NCBI GenBank assembly: GCA_964446735.1
Contig: CAYUQB010000001.1
Span: 380,460 to 444,459, forward strand
DNA: 64,000 nt
Origin: an uncultured Candidatus Saccharibacteria bacterium
GTDB taxonomy: Bacteria; Patescibacteriota; Minisyncoccia; Phycocordibacterales; Phycocordibacteraceae
Direction of reading: 5' to 3'
Shown: positions 19,581 through 29,694 of the stretch, one piece after another
How the letters are laid out: every line of letters begins with the position of its first letter
Position numbering within the stretch: the first letter of the stretch is position 1
Notes under the pieces: generated by a model
Database searches by the model: none
What the model was told of the DNA's origin: nothing
The model's input: the letters and a program-made list of their open reading frames with translations, nothing else
Translations under genes and position numbers: made by a program

Positions 19581-19609
19581 GCCTCTATCATAGCAGGCGG
19601 CTCCAGCCG

Positions 19610-21031
19610 CTATTCCTGGCGCCAATCTACGAATTGGAAGTCAGAAGAGGTGAATGGAGTAAAGGGCGGAGGACTCGTCGAGAGCTTGCGATCATAGGCA
19701 TCAATACGAGTTTGGTAACCACCGTTGCTCCCACTCCCGCACCCATTGGTCCATTTTGTTCCGGTACGCTTATTGGAAACCGTCGTTCCAAGAATCGTGA
19801 GCGTGGTACGTGGTTCCCACGAACTCGGGCAACTATAGAGATTCCTTCCAAATGCGCCGCTTTGCGCAATGAAAATACCATTGAGGGTCATCGTGCTCGG
19901 CGAGTTGGGTGTAATGAGAATATTCTTTTCGGCGATAACCGTGATCCCGTTCGTGCCATCAGTCGTGACGTAGGTGAGATTGCCCGGAAGCATGATGTTA
20001 GGGTCGACGCCTGAATGTACGGTGTCGGCAGCAATAACGGTCACCTTGGTGTTAACCGTACCCTCCACCCATACATGATCCTCAACGTAGATAACCGGAC
20101 AGGTCACCGGTATCGTACGGGTTTCATACAGAGTCTCGTTTCGAATACGGGTGTAGTCAGACGTATCTGAAGAACCGTCTACTGCCGCTTGAATGCTGGT
20201 GTTGTATTCATTTGTGACTCGGTACACGGACACCGTGTTATCAGCATTAAAAACAAGATGGTAGCCCTTGTAATACGAAACACCTCCACCGCCCGAGCTG
20301 TAGCGAGGATAGTAGATACCACCGTTATTCTGCACGACGGTCTTCACGGTACCAAAGTCAGCAGCAATAGCACTGAAATCCACCTGCGGCGTTGGGTAGC
20401 TCCAAAGATCCTGGTTTGGGCCTGCGCCGAACACCCCTGGCTGAACGGTCGTTGGGCTGCATCCGTAGGACGACGTGCACGACCAGGTAGCAAGTGAGCT
20501 CGTCACGGGAGCGTTCGCGGTACCATCCATGCGAACTCCTCCGTTTGAGTGATACGGTCCTGAAATAACGCGGTCGGAACCGGCCCAAACTGACGCATTC
20601 ACTATATAGGAATAGCGGGCCACCGAGGGTCGTGCGTAGCGTGCGTTCACGGTAGCAGAACTAGCACTCCCCTCTGCTCGCCCGGTCGATTCGAGATCGA
20701 TAGATGTAATCGATCCGCATGCAGTATTGCCCGTCACCGCAAGTGTAATTGTGCCTGCCGTACCCCCTTCCGGATCGCTAAAGGGAATCACGTACGGACC
20801 CGGTGCCCCCGTGCCGTTTTGTAGATCATCCGGGAAATGGGCGAGGTGCCATTTGTAGTATTCAATGCCGGCCTCAGCAATGGCGAGTCCCTTGCTTTGG
20901 TCTGTTTGTGACGATTGAAGTTTATTTTCGGTCAGCACGAAACTCGAGAGTGCGAAGATGACCATCAGAAACACCGACCCAAACACGAGGGCTAGAAGCA
21001 TCAAATATCCACGCGGGGAGGGAGTAACCAT
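19610..21031 (-). CDS. pilus-associated protein with prepilin-like N-terminus (no Glu5), Ser/Thr/Gly-rich
   Basis: MVTPSPRG|YLMLLALVFGSVFLMV N-terminus; in operon with pilins, pilC and pilB. Confidence 0.45.
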   Translation of the reverse strand: MVTPSPRGYLMLLALVFGSVFLMVIFALSSFVLTENKLQSSQTDQSKGLAIAEAGIEYYKWHLAHFPDDLQNGTGAPGPYVIPFSDPEGGTAGTITLAVTGNTACGSITSIDLESTGRAEGSASSATVNARYARPSVARYSYIVNASVWAGSDRVISGPYHSNGGVRMDGTANAPVTSSLATWSCTSSYGCSPTTVQPGVFGAGPNQDLWSYPTPQVDFSAIAADFGTVKTVVQNNGGIYYPRYSSGGGGVSYYKGYHLVFNADNTVSVYRVTNEYNTSIQAAVDGSSDTSDYTRIRNETLYETRTIPVTCPVIYVEDHVWVEGTVNTKVTVIAADTVHSGVDPNIMLPGNLTYVTTDGTNGITVIAEKNILITPNSPSTMTLNGIFIAQSGAFGRNLYSCPSSWEPRTTLTILGTTVSNKRTGTKWTNGCGSGSNGGYQTRIDAYDRKLSTSPPPFTPFTSSDFQFVDWRQE

Positions 21032-21033
21032 TA

Positions 21034-21609
21034 CTATCGTAAATTGCGGAGCGTTGCGGTCTCCTGCAAGGTAATGATATCAGGAGCGCGCATTGGATTG
21101 AGATCGACCATGATGGACGTGGTGATGGCTTCGATCAGTGATACGTCTATCGTCGATGAGGAAATCTCAGTACCCGTTGAATCGTAGTAGCGGAATAGGG
21201 GCGACGAGGTGCCATTGCGTACATAGGTGGCGATAGTCGATGTTGAAGTCGTTCCGGTATACTCCGGCGGATTGCCCGTTGCCTCGGTAATGGTTCGGTA
21301 GAATGTCTCACCGTCGAGAGAAAGTCGGATACGCTCCACCGAATTGTCGCCATCGACATCGCTATAAAACGTAATGGACGACGTGGCTGCGCTTTGGATA
21401 GGAAATGAGCCATCTTCGCCATATGCAGCTTGGCGCAGGTTCTCGAAAGAAATGCGCATACCGCGACGCGCACTATCAATAGCGGAAGTCTGCTGGAGAA
21501 TATAAGAATTCGTACGGTAAAAGTTCACGATGAGACTGTTGATCGTGATGCCCAGAAGCACCGTCACAGAGAGAAGAACCATAACTTCGATTAATGTGAG
21601 GCCGCGCAT
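21034..21609 (-). CDS. type IV pilin / pseudopilin (prepilin N-terminal methylation motif)
   Basis: MRGLTLIEVMVLLSV, a class-III signal G|LTLIE with Glu5; start moved to this internal Met. Confidence 0.65.
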   Translation of the reverse strand: MRGLTLIEVMVLLSVTVLLGITINSLIVNFYRTNSYILQQTSAIDSARRGMRISFENLRQAAYGEDGSFPIQSAATSSITFYSDVDGDNSVERIRLSLDGETFYRTITEATGNPPEYTGTTSTSTIATYVRNGTSSPLFRYYDSTGTEISSSTIDVSLIEAITTSIMVDLNPMRAPDIITLQETATLRNLR

Positions 21610-21619
21610 ATGGGATGTG

Positions 21620-23335
21620 TTATGGGAAGGATGCTGCATAGAAAAGATGGCCGGAAATGGTTACGTCGGTGTAGTTCGTAGTGGTGTATCCGGTCTTGGC
21701 GATCGTAATGGTATAGGTACCACTTGCGAGTCCTCCAAAATACGCGGTTCCGCAGGTGGACGTCGTAACGATTTCCGAACCGCTTGAGCTGTCAGTAAGC
21801 GTAACGGTAGCACCTGAAACACTCGCACCCGTAGTATCTCGTACCCACACGAGCGCACGATGCGTTGTCGCATCTCCTAAGTAGAGCGCAGCTGAATTGG
21901 TTGATCCAGGAGAAAGTGCGTACGGTGGGGCGGCACAAGCCTCAACGACATCATATCCGGTTATAGAAAACGTATAGGAGTCCCACTCAAGTGACAGTGG
22001 GGCTATGCCTGACGCATTCGTTGAGGTACTGAGTGTCGTCTTCAAAATAGGGGCACCACCACCCGTGGACCCGATAACCTTGGTGCCCGAGAGTGTGAAC
22101 GGAACATTCGGTTCGGGAACCGGGCCGACTCGCGAATTAAGGCTCCACGTATCAACTGATGGGGTACTCGACGCGTCAGTCGTGCTCATGGTCGCAACGA
22201 GCGAGAGTGATGGGTAGGTAGAAGTTGAAACAGTGGAGAGATCAATGGAGGTCGATGTAAACCCTGCACTGTTACCAGGCACATCGGCATCAGGAAGTAT
22301 CGTGCCAGCTGCGTCAGCGACCTGCACGCGCACAGTGGTATTACTCGGAGTCAGGAGTGTCGTACTTGCCGTAGTCCAGTACGCAAGCAACGCTGGAGCA
22401 ACTGCGGTTGAACGTGCCGATCCATTGGCGAGATAGCCACCCGCATCGCTTCCTAACTGAAGGCGGCCGCCCGACACCGTTGCGTTGGTGAGAGAGGCAA
22501 GTTGCGAGGAATCGGCAAACGTATCAGTAGTCGAGGTCGCACGTATGGGGTAGTAGGTTGCGAGCGTGAGTGTTGCGAGGGTGTCGATAGCAAACGTTGC
22601 GGTCGTTGTCGTATTTTCAACGACGGTGAAGTATCCCGGAGTGGGGTTCTGATTCACCGCATCGCGCGCATACGTCTGCGCGCTTGAGTAGCCATCCTTG
22701 GATACATATATCTGATATTGCGTTGATGTTGCCGCTCCACCCAGGTACACTGTTCCCGTCACATCCGAGAATGTTGTCACATCGATTGTCGGACTCGTGC
22801 TCGCATTTACTACCTGCACACTTGCACCAGCAACTGGGTCGCCAGTCGCATTCACGACCACGATCTTGAGCGTTCCTCCACCCGTAGTCGTCTCTATCGA
22901 AGCGGGCGCATACGTTGATACGAACGGAAGCTCATAGTACTTACCGCGTAGTTCGTAGGTAACTTCGACTTTTATTCTCTTATAGTCAGTAGTAATGCCG
23001 TTTGTGTCTGCGGCATCGCTCCCATCCGCAGGGTCATCTACGTATCCAATAAAGGTACGGACGCTATACGTAATACCGTTCATGGTCGTAGTCGCGTACT
23101 GCGGAACCACGCCCGCAGGAATGCCTCCAACCGTTCCTACTGAATCATAGGAAAGTGAGCGAACATACTCCATGTGCGTGTTCCCTACCGCAGTTGCACC
23201 GGCGCGAGCCTTCGCGACCGATGCGATGAGAAGCGAACTGCGCAGTAATCCGATCAGCGCAAGAAAAATAATGAGCACTAGCGTAGAACCAACGAGGACA
23301 TCAACCATCGAAAGGCCTCGAGGAGCAGCAGTCAT
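21620..23335 (-). CDS. large (571 aa) pilin-like protein, prepilin-type N-terminus with Asp at +5
   Basis: MTAAPRG|LSMVDVLVGSTLVLIIFLALIG then a Thr/Ser/Gly-rich beta-rich body; candidate tip adhesin or minor pilin. Confidence 0.5.
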   Translation of the reverse strand: MTAAPRGLSMVDVLVGSTLVLIIFLALIGLLRSSLLIASVAKARAGATAVGNTHMEYVRSLSYDSVGTVGGIPAGVVPQYATTTMNGITYSVRTFIGYVDDPADGSDAADTNGITTDYKRIKVEVTYELRGKYYELPFVSTYAPASIETTTGGGTLKIVVVNATGDPVAGASVQVVNASTSPTIDVTTFSDVTGTVYLGGAATSTQYQIYVSKDGYSSAQTYARDAVNQNPTPGYFTVVENTTTTATFAIDTLATLTLATYYPIRATSTTDTFADSSQLASLTNATVSGGRLQLGSDAGGYLANGSARSTAVAPALLAYWTTASTTLLTPSNTTVRVQVADAAGTILPDADVPGNSAGFTSTSIDLSTVSTSTYPSLSLVATMSTTDASSTPSVDTWSLNSRVGPVPEPNVPFTLSGTKVIGSTGGGAPILKTTLSTSTNASGIAPLSLEWDSYTFSITGYDVVEACAAPPYALSPGSTNSAALYLGDATTHRALVWVRDTTGASVSGATVTLTDSSSGSEIVTTSTCGTAYFGGLASGTYTITIAKTGYTTTNYTDVTISGHLFYAASFP

Positions 23336-23360
23336 GCGGATATGATACCGCGAGTATCGC

Positions 23361-24575
23361 CTAGATTTTCGACGACAGAGAGTAAATCGGACTGATCATC
23401 GCGAGTGCAAAGATACCTACCGCCACACCGATTACGAGCATGAGTATCGGCTCAATGATGGTGGAGAGATCTTTGGTACGGTCTTCAACATCCGTCTCGT
23501 AGTACTCCGCTACCTGCCCAAGCATGTCAGCAACTTTTCCGGTTTCCTCACCCACCGCGATCATATCGGCCATAAAGAAGGGATAGAGTTTCCCGTGTTC
23601 AGAGAAGGGAGCCGAGAGCGGGTCGCCCTTCTTCACGCGCTCACTCGCATCACTGACCACCCGACCGAATATGTTATCTCCCACAACCTCGGCAGCGATA
23701 TCGATGGCAGTGACCATTTCAACGCCAGAAGAGAGCAGTGAGGAAAGGGAACGTGCGGCACGAGCGGCAAATGTTTCGCGAACGAGTTCCCCAATGACTG
23801 GTATGCGGAGCGATACCGCAAGAATGATGCGATGCCCGAACCGTGAGTGCGAGAATATGAAGATCCCGCCAAATACCAGAATGAGCGCGAGAAATACGAG
23901 CCCGACGTTTTGTGCCATGAAGTCGGAACTGGCAATGATGATCCGAGTTGCAGTCGGAAGCGCAACCCCGAGCGATTTGAAGGTTGCTGAAAGAGTCGGC
24001 ACGACGTAGATCATCATCAGTACGGCGATGACCACAATGGCCGAAAGAATGATCCCTGGATAAATCATCGCGCCCCGAATCTTCTTCTCGAGTGTGAAGG
24101 AACGGTCCATCTGGCGTGCGACCACCCGAAGCGATTCAGCGAGCTTCCCCGATTCTTCGCCGGCCTTGGTCATCGAAATGAAGAGTCGCGAGAAGATATT
24201 TCGATGCTCAGCAAGGGCCTCATGAAATGCCATACCTTCTTTGATACGCTCTTCAAGCGATCCGACGATTTCTTTTAATCGTCTGTTACGCGTCTGCCGC
24301 GCAATGACCGAGAGTGCTCGAGAAAGCGTGAGGCCCGCCGAGAGCATGGCGGCAAGGTTTTTGGTAAAGGTGATGCGTTCCTCGGTCTTAACACCACTGC
24401 CAATCGTAATGTTCGCAATCTTCGAGATCGAAATGCCACCACCTCCCTCTTCAATGGCAAGGACTCGTCCTCCTTCTTTCTCTATATCTCCGTAAATAGT
24501 GAAGCGCGATGGCGCTTCCATAACGCGCGTCTCTTCTCCACCGTCTTCGCGTTTCATCTTCACGCGGTATTTCAT
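23361..24575 (-). CDS. pilC: type IV pilus assembly platform protein PilC (GspF family)
   Basis: 404 aa; two GspF repeats each with 3 TM segments; MAFHEALAEHRNIFSRLFISM...GEESGKL. Confidence 0.85.
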   Translation of the reverse strand: MKYRVKMKREDGGEETRVMEAPSRFTIYGDIEKEGGRVLAIEEGGGGISISKIANITIGSGVKTEERITFTKNLAAMLSAGLTLSRALSVIARQTRNRRLKEIVGSLEERIKEGMAFHEALAEHRNIFSRLFISMTKAGEESGKLAESLRVVARQMDRSFTLEKKIRGAMIYPGIILSAIVVIAVLMMIYVVPTLSATFKSLGVALPTATRIIIASSDFMAQNVGLVFLALILVFGGIFIFSHSRFGHRIILAVSLRIPVIGELVRETFAARAARSLSSLLSSGVEMVTAIDIAAEVVGDNIFGRVVSDASERVKKGDPLSAPFSEHGKLYPFFMADMIAVGEETGKVADMLGQVAEYYETDVEDRTKDLSTIIEPILMLVIGVAVGIFALAMISPIYSLSSKI

Positions 24576-24602
24576 AAAAAAATTCTAGCACGCAAAAAGC
24601 TC

Positions 24603-24634
24603 GGAGCCGGGTTTCTCGTTCGAGAAACCCGGCT
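24603..24634 (-). terminator. hairpin terminator after small GC-rich membrane ORF
   Basis: 14-bp stem gagccgggtttctc/gagaaacccggctc, then GCTTTTTGCG on the minus strand. Confidence 0.55.
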
Positions 24635-24658
24635 CACGTGCGGCCGATGGAGTGACCG

Positions 24659-24997
24659 CTAGCGCGCGCGAGCGCGCGAGCCGCCGAACAAGGGGGCGAA
24701 GAGGCCTCCGAGGTAGCTCGCGACGACGCCTAGAGCGAACGCAGCGCTGATGTCGTACCCGTCCTCATAGGCGAGGACATTGCGGCACAGCACCGCGCCG
24801 ATGACGCCCAGAAGGACGAAGACGCCTGATGCGAGCAGGCCCTCCGCCCTGATCTTCTGCGCGAGCCAGGTCCAGACGAGGCCCGCTCCCATGATGCCGA
24901 TGGCCCAGGGGATGAAGCCGCCGTCCACCACTGGTAGGCCAAGGGCGGTGCCGGCGAGCACCACTCCGAGTATGGCGGTTAAAACGAACTTGGACAT
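24659..24997 (-). CDS. small GC-rich membrane protein inserted between pilC and pilB
   Basis: 112 aa, 3-4 predicted TM helices, Gly/Ala/Leu-rich; own terminator. Confidence 0.45.
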   Translation of the reverse strand: MSKFVLTAILGVVLAGTALGLPVVDGGFIPWAIGIMGAGLVWTWLAQKIRAEGLLASGVFVLLGVIGAVLCRNVLAYEDGYDISAAFALGVVASYLGGLFAPLFGGSRARAR

Positions 24998-25086
24998 TCT
25001 CTCTATCCTCGCTGAGTCGCGCGTCCATAGCGAACGTTTTCATGCAACTCCTGTCCGCGTTATACCACTCTCACGCTCGGACGCAA

Positions 25087-26841
25087 TTAGCCGTCGTTCA
25101 CTGCGCGAAGCACTTCCTCAACCGAAGTGATGCCCCGTGCTGCTTTGTAAATTCCGTCTTCAAGCATAGTGAGCATGCCTTCTTTGCGTGCCTGCGCTTC
25201 AATGGCGTCGGGGGATGCACTATGCAGCACGAGATCACGAATGGTAGGTGATACGGTCAGAATCTCATGAATGCCAATGCGGCTCTTGTAGCCATCCTCG
25301 CATTCAGCTGAAGGTTTCGGATGGTAAAACGGGAGCGTATCGAGCTTGGTGCCTTCCTTCACCAACTTCTCCTCTTTAAGGGAGGTAAACGCCGCTTCGA
25401 ACTTATCCGCGGTCGCCACTTTATCACGCGCTTGTTGGTCGAGCGTGTACTCTTCTTTGTCATCGCACAGACGACGCACGAGCCGCTGTCCCACGACGAG
25501 TCTGAGCGTGGAGACGAGGAGGAAGGGTTCCACTCCCATGTCCATGAGACGAGGGATGGCACCAGCAGCCGAGTTGGTGTGAATCGTCGAAAGCACGATG
25601 TGACCAGTGAGCGCCGCATTGATCGCAAGCGATGCCGTTTCGCTATCGCGGATCTCACCCACCATGATGATGTTTGGGTCCTGACGCAGCAGTGCGCGCA
25701 GGCCTGCCGCAAAGGTCATACCAATTTGTGGGTTCACCTGCGTTTGGTTGACCCGTTTCATTTGGTATTCAATTGGATCCTCGATGGTGGAAATGTTTAC
25801 GTCCGGCGTATTGAGAATATCGAGAATGGTATAGAGCGTTGTCGTCTTGCCGGAACCGGTCGGACCCGATACCAAAATGATGCCGGTCGTCTGTTTCGTC
25901 GCCATATGAATCCGCTCCAGGGTTTCTCCGTGGAACCCGAGCGCTTCAAGAGTGAAGCCTTCGCCCGTCTCGCGCAGAAGGCGCATCACGATCTTCTCGC
26001 CGTAGTAGGTCGGAAGAAGAGAAACACGGAAGGAAACCTTCTCACCATCGGTCTCCATTTTGAAGCGACCGTCCTGCGGGAGACGCTTCTCATCGAGCTT
26101 TAGGTTCGAGAGCACTTTGATACGTGCGGTGATACCAGGTCCTGCATTCTTCGGAAGCGTCATCGCGTCGTGGAGCATACCGTCAATTCGGTATCGCACG
26201 AGCGTCGCCTCTTCCATGGGCTCAATGTGAATGTCAGACGCGTCCTGAATGATTGCATGACGCAGCAATGTGTCCACGATACGAACGATTGGGAGATCTT
26301 CCGCCATCTTCTTGAGGTCTTCACCCGACGCATCCTCACCGATGGCTTCTTTCACTAAATTAATGCGCCCAGCTTCGGTGGTGATAAGATCGCCGAATTC
26401 TTCTTTGAGAGACTTCTGATATTGCAGGAGGGCGTGCTTGAGCGACTCATCATCCGTAAGTCGGGGCTGAATATTAAAGCCAGTCTTTTTACGTACCGAG
26501 TCGATTGCGGGCAGATCCTGTGTATCGAGCATTGCTACTTCCAGATCGGAACCATCCTTACGAAAGGCGACGATGCTGTGAGTGCGCGCAATAGGCTCTG
26601 GAATAAGTGAAAGCACTTCAAGCGGGATCTTCTTGTCCTTCAGATTCACGAACGGAATGCCAAGAACGTACGCCTTAATGCGACGGAGCGCATCTTGGGT
26701 AAGCGCGCCTTGCGACACGAGAATGTCGCCGATTGATTGCTGACGTTCTTTCGCTTCTGTGTCAGCCGCTTCAACATCTTTGCGCGGCACGAGACCAGAA
26801 TCGAGAATGAACGACTTCAACTCGCTTTCAGAAACTTGCAT
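25087..26841 (-). CDS. pilB: type IV pilus assembly ATPase PilB (GspE family)
   Basis: Walker A LVSGPTGSGKTTTL, Asp box, His box IRDSETASLAINAALTGH; start taken at MQVSESELKSFILD. Confidence 0.9.
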   Translation of the reverse strand: MQVSESELKSFILDSGLVPRKDVEAADTEAKERQQSIGDILVSQGALTQDALRRIKAYVLGIPFVNLKDKKIPLEVLSLIPEPIARTHSIVAFRKDGSDLEVAMLDTQDLPAIDSVRKKTGFNIQPRLTDDESLKHALLQYQKSLKEEFGDLITTEAGRINLVKEAIGEDASGEDLKKMAEDLPIVRIVDTLLRHAIIQDASDIHIEPMEEATLVRYRIDGMLHDAMTLPKNAGPGITARIKVLSNLKLDEKRLPQDGRFKMETDGEKVSFRVSLLPTYYGEKIVMRLLRETGEGFTLEALGFHGETLERIHMATKQTTGIILVSGPTGSGKTTTLYTILDILNTPDVNISTIEDPIEYQMKRVNQTQVNPQIGMTFAAGLRALLRQDPNIIMVGEIRDSETASLAINAALTGHIVLSTIHTNSAAGAIPRLMDMGVEPFLLVSTLRLVVGQRLVRRLCDDKEEYTLDQQARDKVATADKFEAAFTSLKEEKLVKEGTKLDTLPFYHPKPSAECEDGYKSRIGIHEILTVSPTIRDLVLHSASPDAIEAQARKEGMLTMLEDGIYKAARGITSVEEVLRAVNDG

Positions 26842-27353
26842 ATCTATACCAAAAGTATAGCGCGTAACGTGTAACACGCTTGCGATAAAAAGAATAATTG
26901 TGAATCGGAACCCTAGGTTCGCTCTGGTTTCGTTCCAGCAATTTCCAATCGAAAAGTTTTATTGATCCGTGAAACTCGAGCAAGTGCAGAATGTCTCTTC
27001 TGGGTGTCGGCTACTGTATGAAATTGAATAACTTTTTAGCGATGCGCCCAACTACTTGGGGGGAGAACTTACTATCGACTCCTACATTCCGCTACGCGTG
27101 AAATTATTCTTGCTTCAATAATTAATATGAGCGTGAAAGATCTCTTTATACCAGCAGGGATATCGGACTCGTATTAATTTCAAATGGAAGCAGCATGAAA
27201 CGTTTATACACTCAGGACGCGAAGATAAGTTCCGCTCCATCTTGTCTGGATTGACGCCATACCTATATATGGTATCCTTCCGCTATCTGAGATGTCCGCA
27301 CCCGCGGGCATTTCTCTTTAAAAAGGTGCGACAACTGAATAACGCATGGGCTT

Positions 27354-28757
27354 ATGTTGGATCTAAAAACAATCAATTCGGTTCTCGGTGAGTTCGAAGA
27401 GCGTGGTATCAGCAAGGAAGTGATGGTCGACGCGATTGAAAGCGCGATGGCCACTGCCTACAAGAAGGAGTACGGAAAGCGCGGGCAAGTCATCCGCGGT
27501 AAGCTCGACATGAACACGGGCACCGTTGTCTTTGAGCAGGTGAAAACGGTAGTGGACGATACTATGGTGCGCTTCCCCGAAGAGGGTGAAGTCGTGGAAG
27601 AACTCCCGCATCATCATCCCCACCATGACCGTGAAGAGGAGGTGGCAGAAGGTGAACTTCCCCGCTACGACGCTGAGAAGCACATGCTCATCGATGACGC
27701 ACGTCGTATCAAGCGCGATGCACAGCTCGGCGACGAGATCATCTTTCCGCTTGAGCCCCAGGACGACTTCGGCCGCATCGCAGCACAGACTGCAAAACAA
27801 GTGGTGATCCAGAAAATCCGCGAAGCAGAGAAGCTGTCCATCCTCGACGAGTTCGGTCACAAAAAGGGAGAGATTGTTTCAGGTGTCGTTCAACGCGTTG
27901 AGCGTGGCGCCATCTTCATCGATCTTGGTCGTGCAACCGGCATCATCCCGTATGAGGAGCAGATTCCTGGCGAACGGTATCGTCCCGGTGAGCGTATCCG
28001 TGCCTACCTCTATGCCGTAGATGAAGGGTTCCGTGGGGTATACCTGCGCCTCTCGCGCAGTCATCCGCGATTCCTTATCCGCCTCTTTGAAATGGAGGCT
28101 CCCGAACTCGCTTCAGGTGCGATCGAGGTAAAGGGTATCGCTCGAGAACCAGGCAGCCGCACTAAGATTGCGATTGCTTCGGTTGATCCGCATGTCGACC
28201 CAGTTGGTTCCCTCGTCGGTCAGCGCGGCGTACGCGTTTCAACCGTAATGAGCGAATTGGGTGGTGAGCGCATTGATATTATCGAGTGGAGCGAAGACCA
28301 GACTGCATTCATCAAAGAATCTTTGTCTCCCGCCTCCGTGCTTTCGGTCGACCTGAACGAGGACGACCACCGCGCGACCGTGGCTGTCTCTTCGGATCAA
28401 CAGTCGCTTGCGATCGGTCGAGGTGGGCAGAACGTACGCCTTGCAGCAAAACTCACCGGCTGGAACATTGATATCAACTCAACTGGTGGCGATGAGGTCG
28501 CCGCGGCTCCTGCCGCTGAGGAAGCTGCAGGCGTATCGGACGAGACGATCACTGAAGCAGACAACACCGAAGATCCCGATCCAGCGGTTGCTGCCGGTAT
28601 CGATCCTGTTGAAAGCGAATCGGTTGTCGTAGATGACGATGCTCAGAACAACACACTCCCTGCAGAGGAAGAGAGCACACTCTCAGAGAACGCCTCTATC
28701 GCTGACGCTCAGGAAGCGCGAGACGAGACGTCTGAAACCATCGCAGACAACGCGTAG
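27354..28757 (+). CDS. nusA: transcription termination/antitermination factor NusA
   Basis: N-terminal domain, S1 (GEIVSGVVQRVERGAIFIDLG), two KH domains, acidic tail; His-rich insert HHHPHHDREEE. Confidence 0.85.
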   Translation: MLDLKTINSVLGEFEERGISKEVMVDAIESAMATAYKKEYGKRGQVIRGKLDMNTGTVVFEQVKTVVDDTMVRFPEEGEVVEELPHHHPHHDREEEVAEGELPRYDAEKHMLIDDARRIKRDAQLGDEIIFPLEPQDDFGRIAAQTAKQVVIQKIREAEKLSILDEFGHKKGEIVSGVVQRVERGAIFIDLGRATGIIPYEEQIPGERYRPGERIRAYLYAVDEGFRGVYLRLSRSHPRFLIRLFEMEAPELASGAIEVKGIAREPGSRTKIAIASVDPHVDPVGSLVGQRGVRVSTVMSELGGERIDIIEWSEDQTAFIKESLSPASVLSVDLNEDDHRATVAVSSDQQSLAIGRGGQNVRLAAKLTGWNIDINSTGGDEVAAAPAAEEAAGVSDETITEADNTEDPDPAVAAGIDPVESESVVVDDDAQNNTLPAEEESTLSENASIADAQEARDETSETIADNA

Positions 28758-28789
28758 TATTAGGAGACATACTCTGATCTAACCTACCC

Positions 28790-29314
28790 ATGAATCTTCT
28801 TCACGACATCCCCGCAGGCTCCGCAGATGAAATTAATGTCATCATCGAGGTGCCAAAAGGTTCTCAGAACAAGTACGAGGTTGATAAAGAAACTGGTCTC
28901 ATCAAGCTCGACCGCGCCAACTACTCCGCTGCTGCATTTCCGTGTGAATACGGATTTGTCCCGCAGACCCTATGGGACGATGGCGACGCACTCGATGTAG
29001 TGGTGCTGGCCACATTTCCTATCCCGTCCGGGGTACTCGTAAAAGTACGACCAGTCGCACTCATGGAAATGATTGATACTGGCGAGAATGACTACAAAGT
29101 CATTGCGGTTCCGGTAAAGGATAAGCGGTGGGAAGATGTGCAGGACTTGGCGGACATCAACAAGCACACGCTCAAAGAAGTCCAGCATTTCTTTGAAACC
29201 TATAAGCAGCTAAAGGGTGGTGAAGCAGTCGTCACTATTAATGGATTCAAAGGCAAAGAGGACGCACGCGCAGCATTCGAACGTGCTCGTCAGTTGTATT
29301 CAGAGAAGAAATAA
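28790..29314 (+). CDS. ppa: inorganic pyrophosphatase
   Basis: NVIIEVPKGSQNKYEVDKETG...DGDALDVVVL. Confidence 0.9.
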   Translation: MNLLHDIPAGSADEINVIIEVPKGSQNKYEVDKETGLIKLDRANYSAAAFPCEYGFVPQTLWDDGDALDVVVLATFPIPSGVLVKVRPVALMEMIDTGENDYKVIAVPVKDKRWEDVQDLADINKHTLKEVQHFFETYKQLKGGEAVVTINGFKGKEDARAAFERARQLYSEKK

Positions 29315-29401
29315 CTCGATCAAGAAATCGCCCCGGTTTATGACCGGGGCGATTTCTTATACACCATTCACCTTTCTCAATTCCATCCTATACTTATATA
29401 T

Positions 29402-29644
29402 ATGGACACAGCATCATCTACTCCATCTGTTGATTCGGGCGCACCGGTAACAAACACTTCCGACGTTGCAGTACCCTTTGTGGCACCAGCTTCCGACGAA
29501 CCGACCCATCGTATGGGTTCAGCAGGCAGTGTGCTTGCGGTTCTGCTCATAGTTTTTCTTTTGGTGGTCGGTGCATTTTATGTGTGGGGCCAGCGAATAT
29601 CGGAACGCAATGCTGAGGAAGTAGTCCCTGCAATCGCGCAGTAG
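29402..29644 (+). CDS. small hypothetical membrane protein
   Basis: 80 aa, single C-terminal TM helix [19 protein letters not shown]. Confidence 0.35.
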   Translation: MDTASSTPSVDSGAPVTNTSDVAVPFVAPASDEPTHRMGSAGSVLAVLLIVFLLVVGAFYVWGQRISERNAEEVVPAIAQ

Positions 29645-29694
29645 TGCGCTTACACCTTCTTTTTGCTACCATGCGCGCATCTAACGGCTTTCCT

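Noticed and set aside
27170-27210. Possible SRP RNA (4.5S) domain IV because of GGAAGCAGCA
   Set aside because: The flanking sequence lacks the conserved AGGUC...CCGGAAGGAAGCAGC symmetric loop and a plausible helix 8. Only a 10-nt coincidence, so it is not called as an RNA gene.
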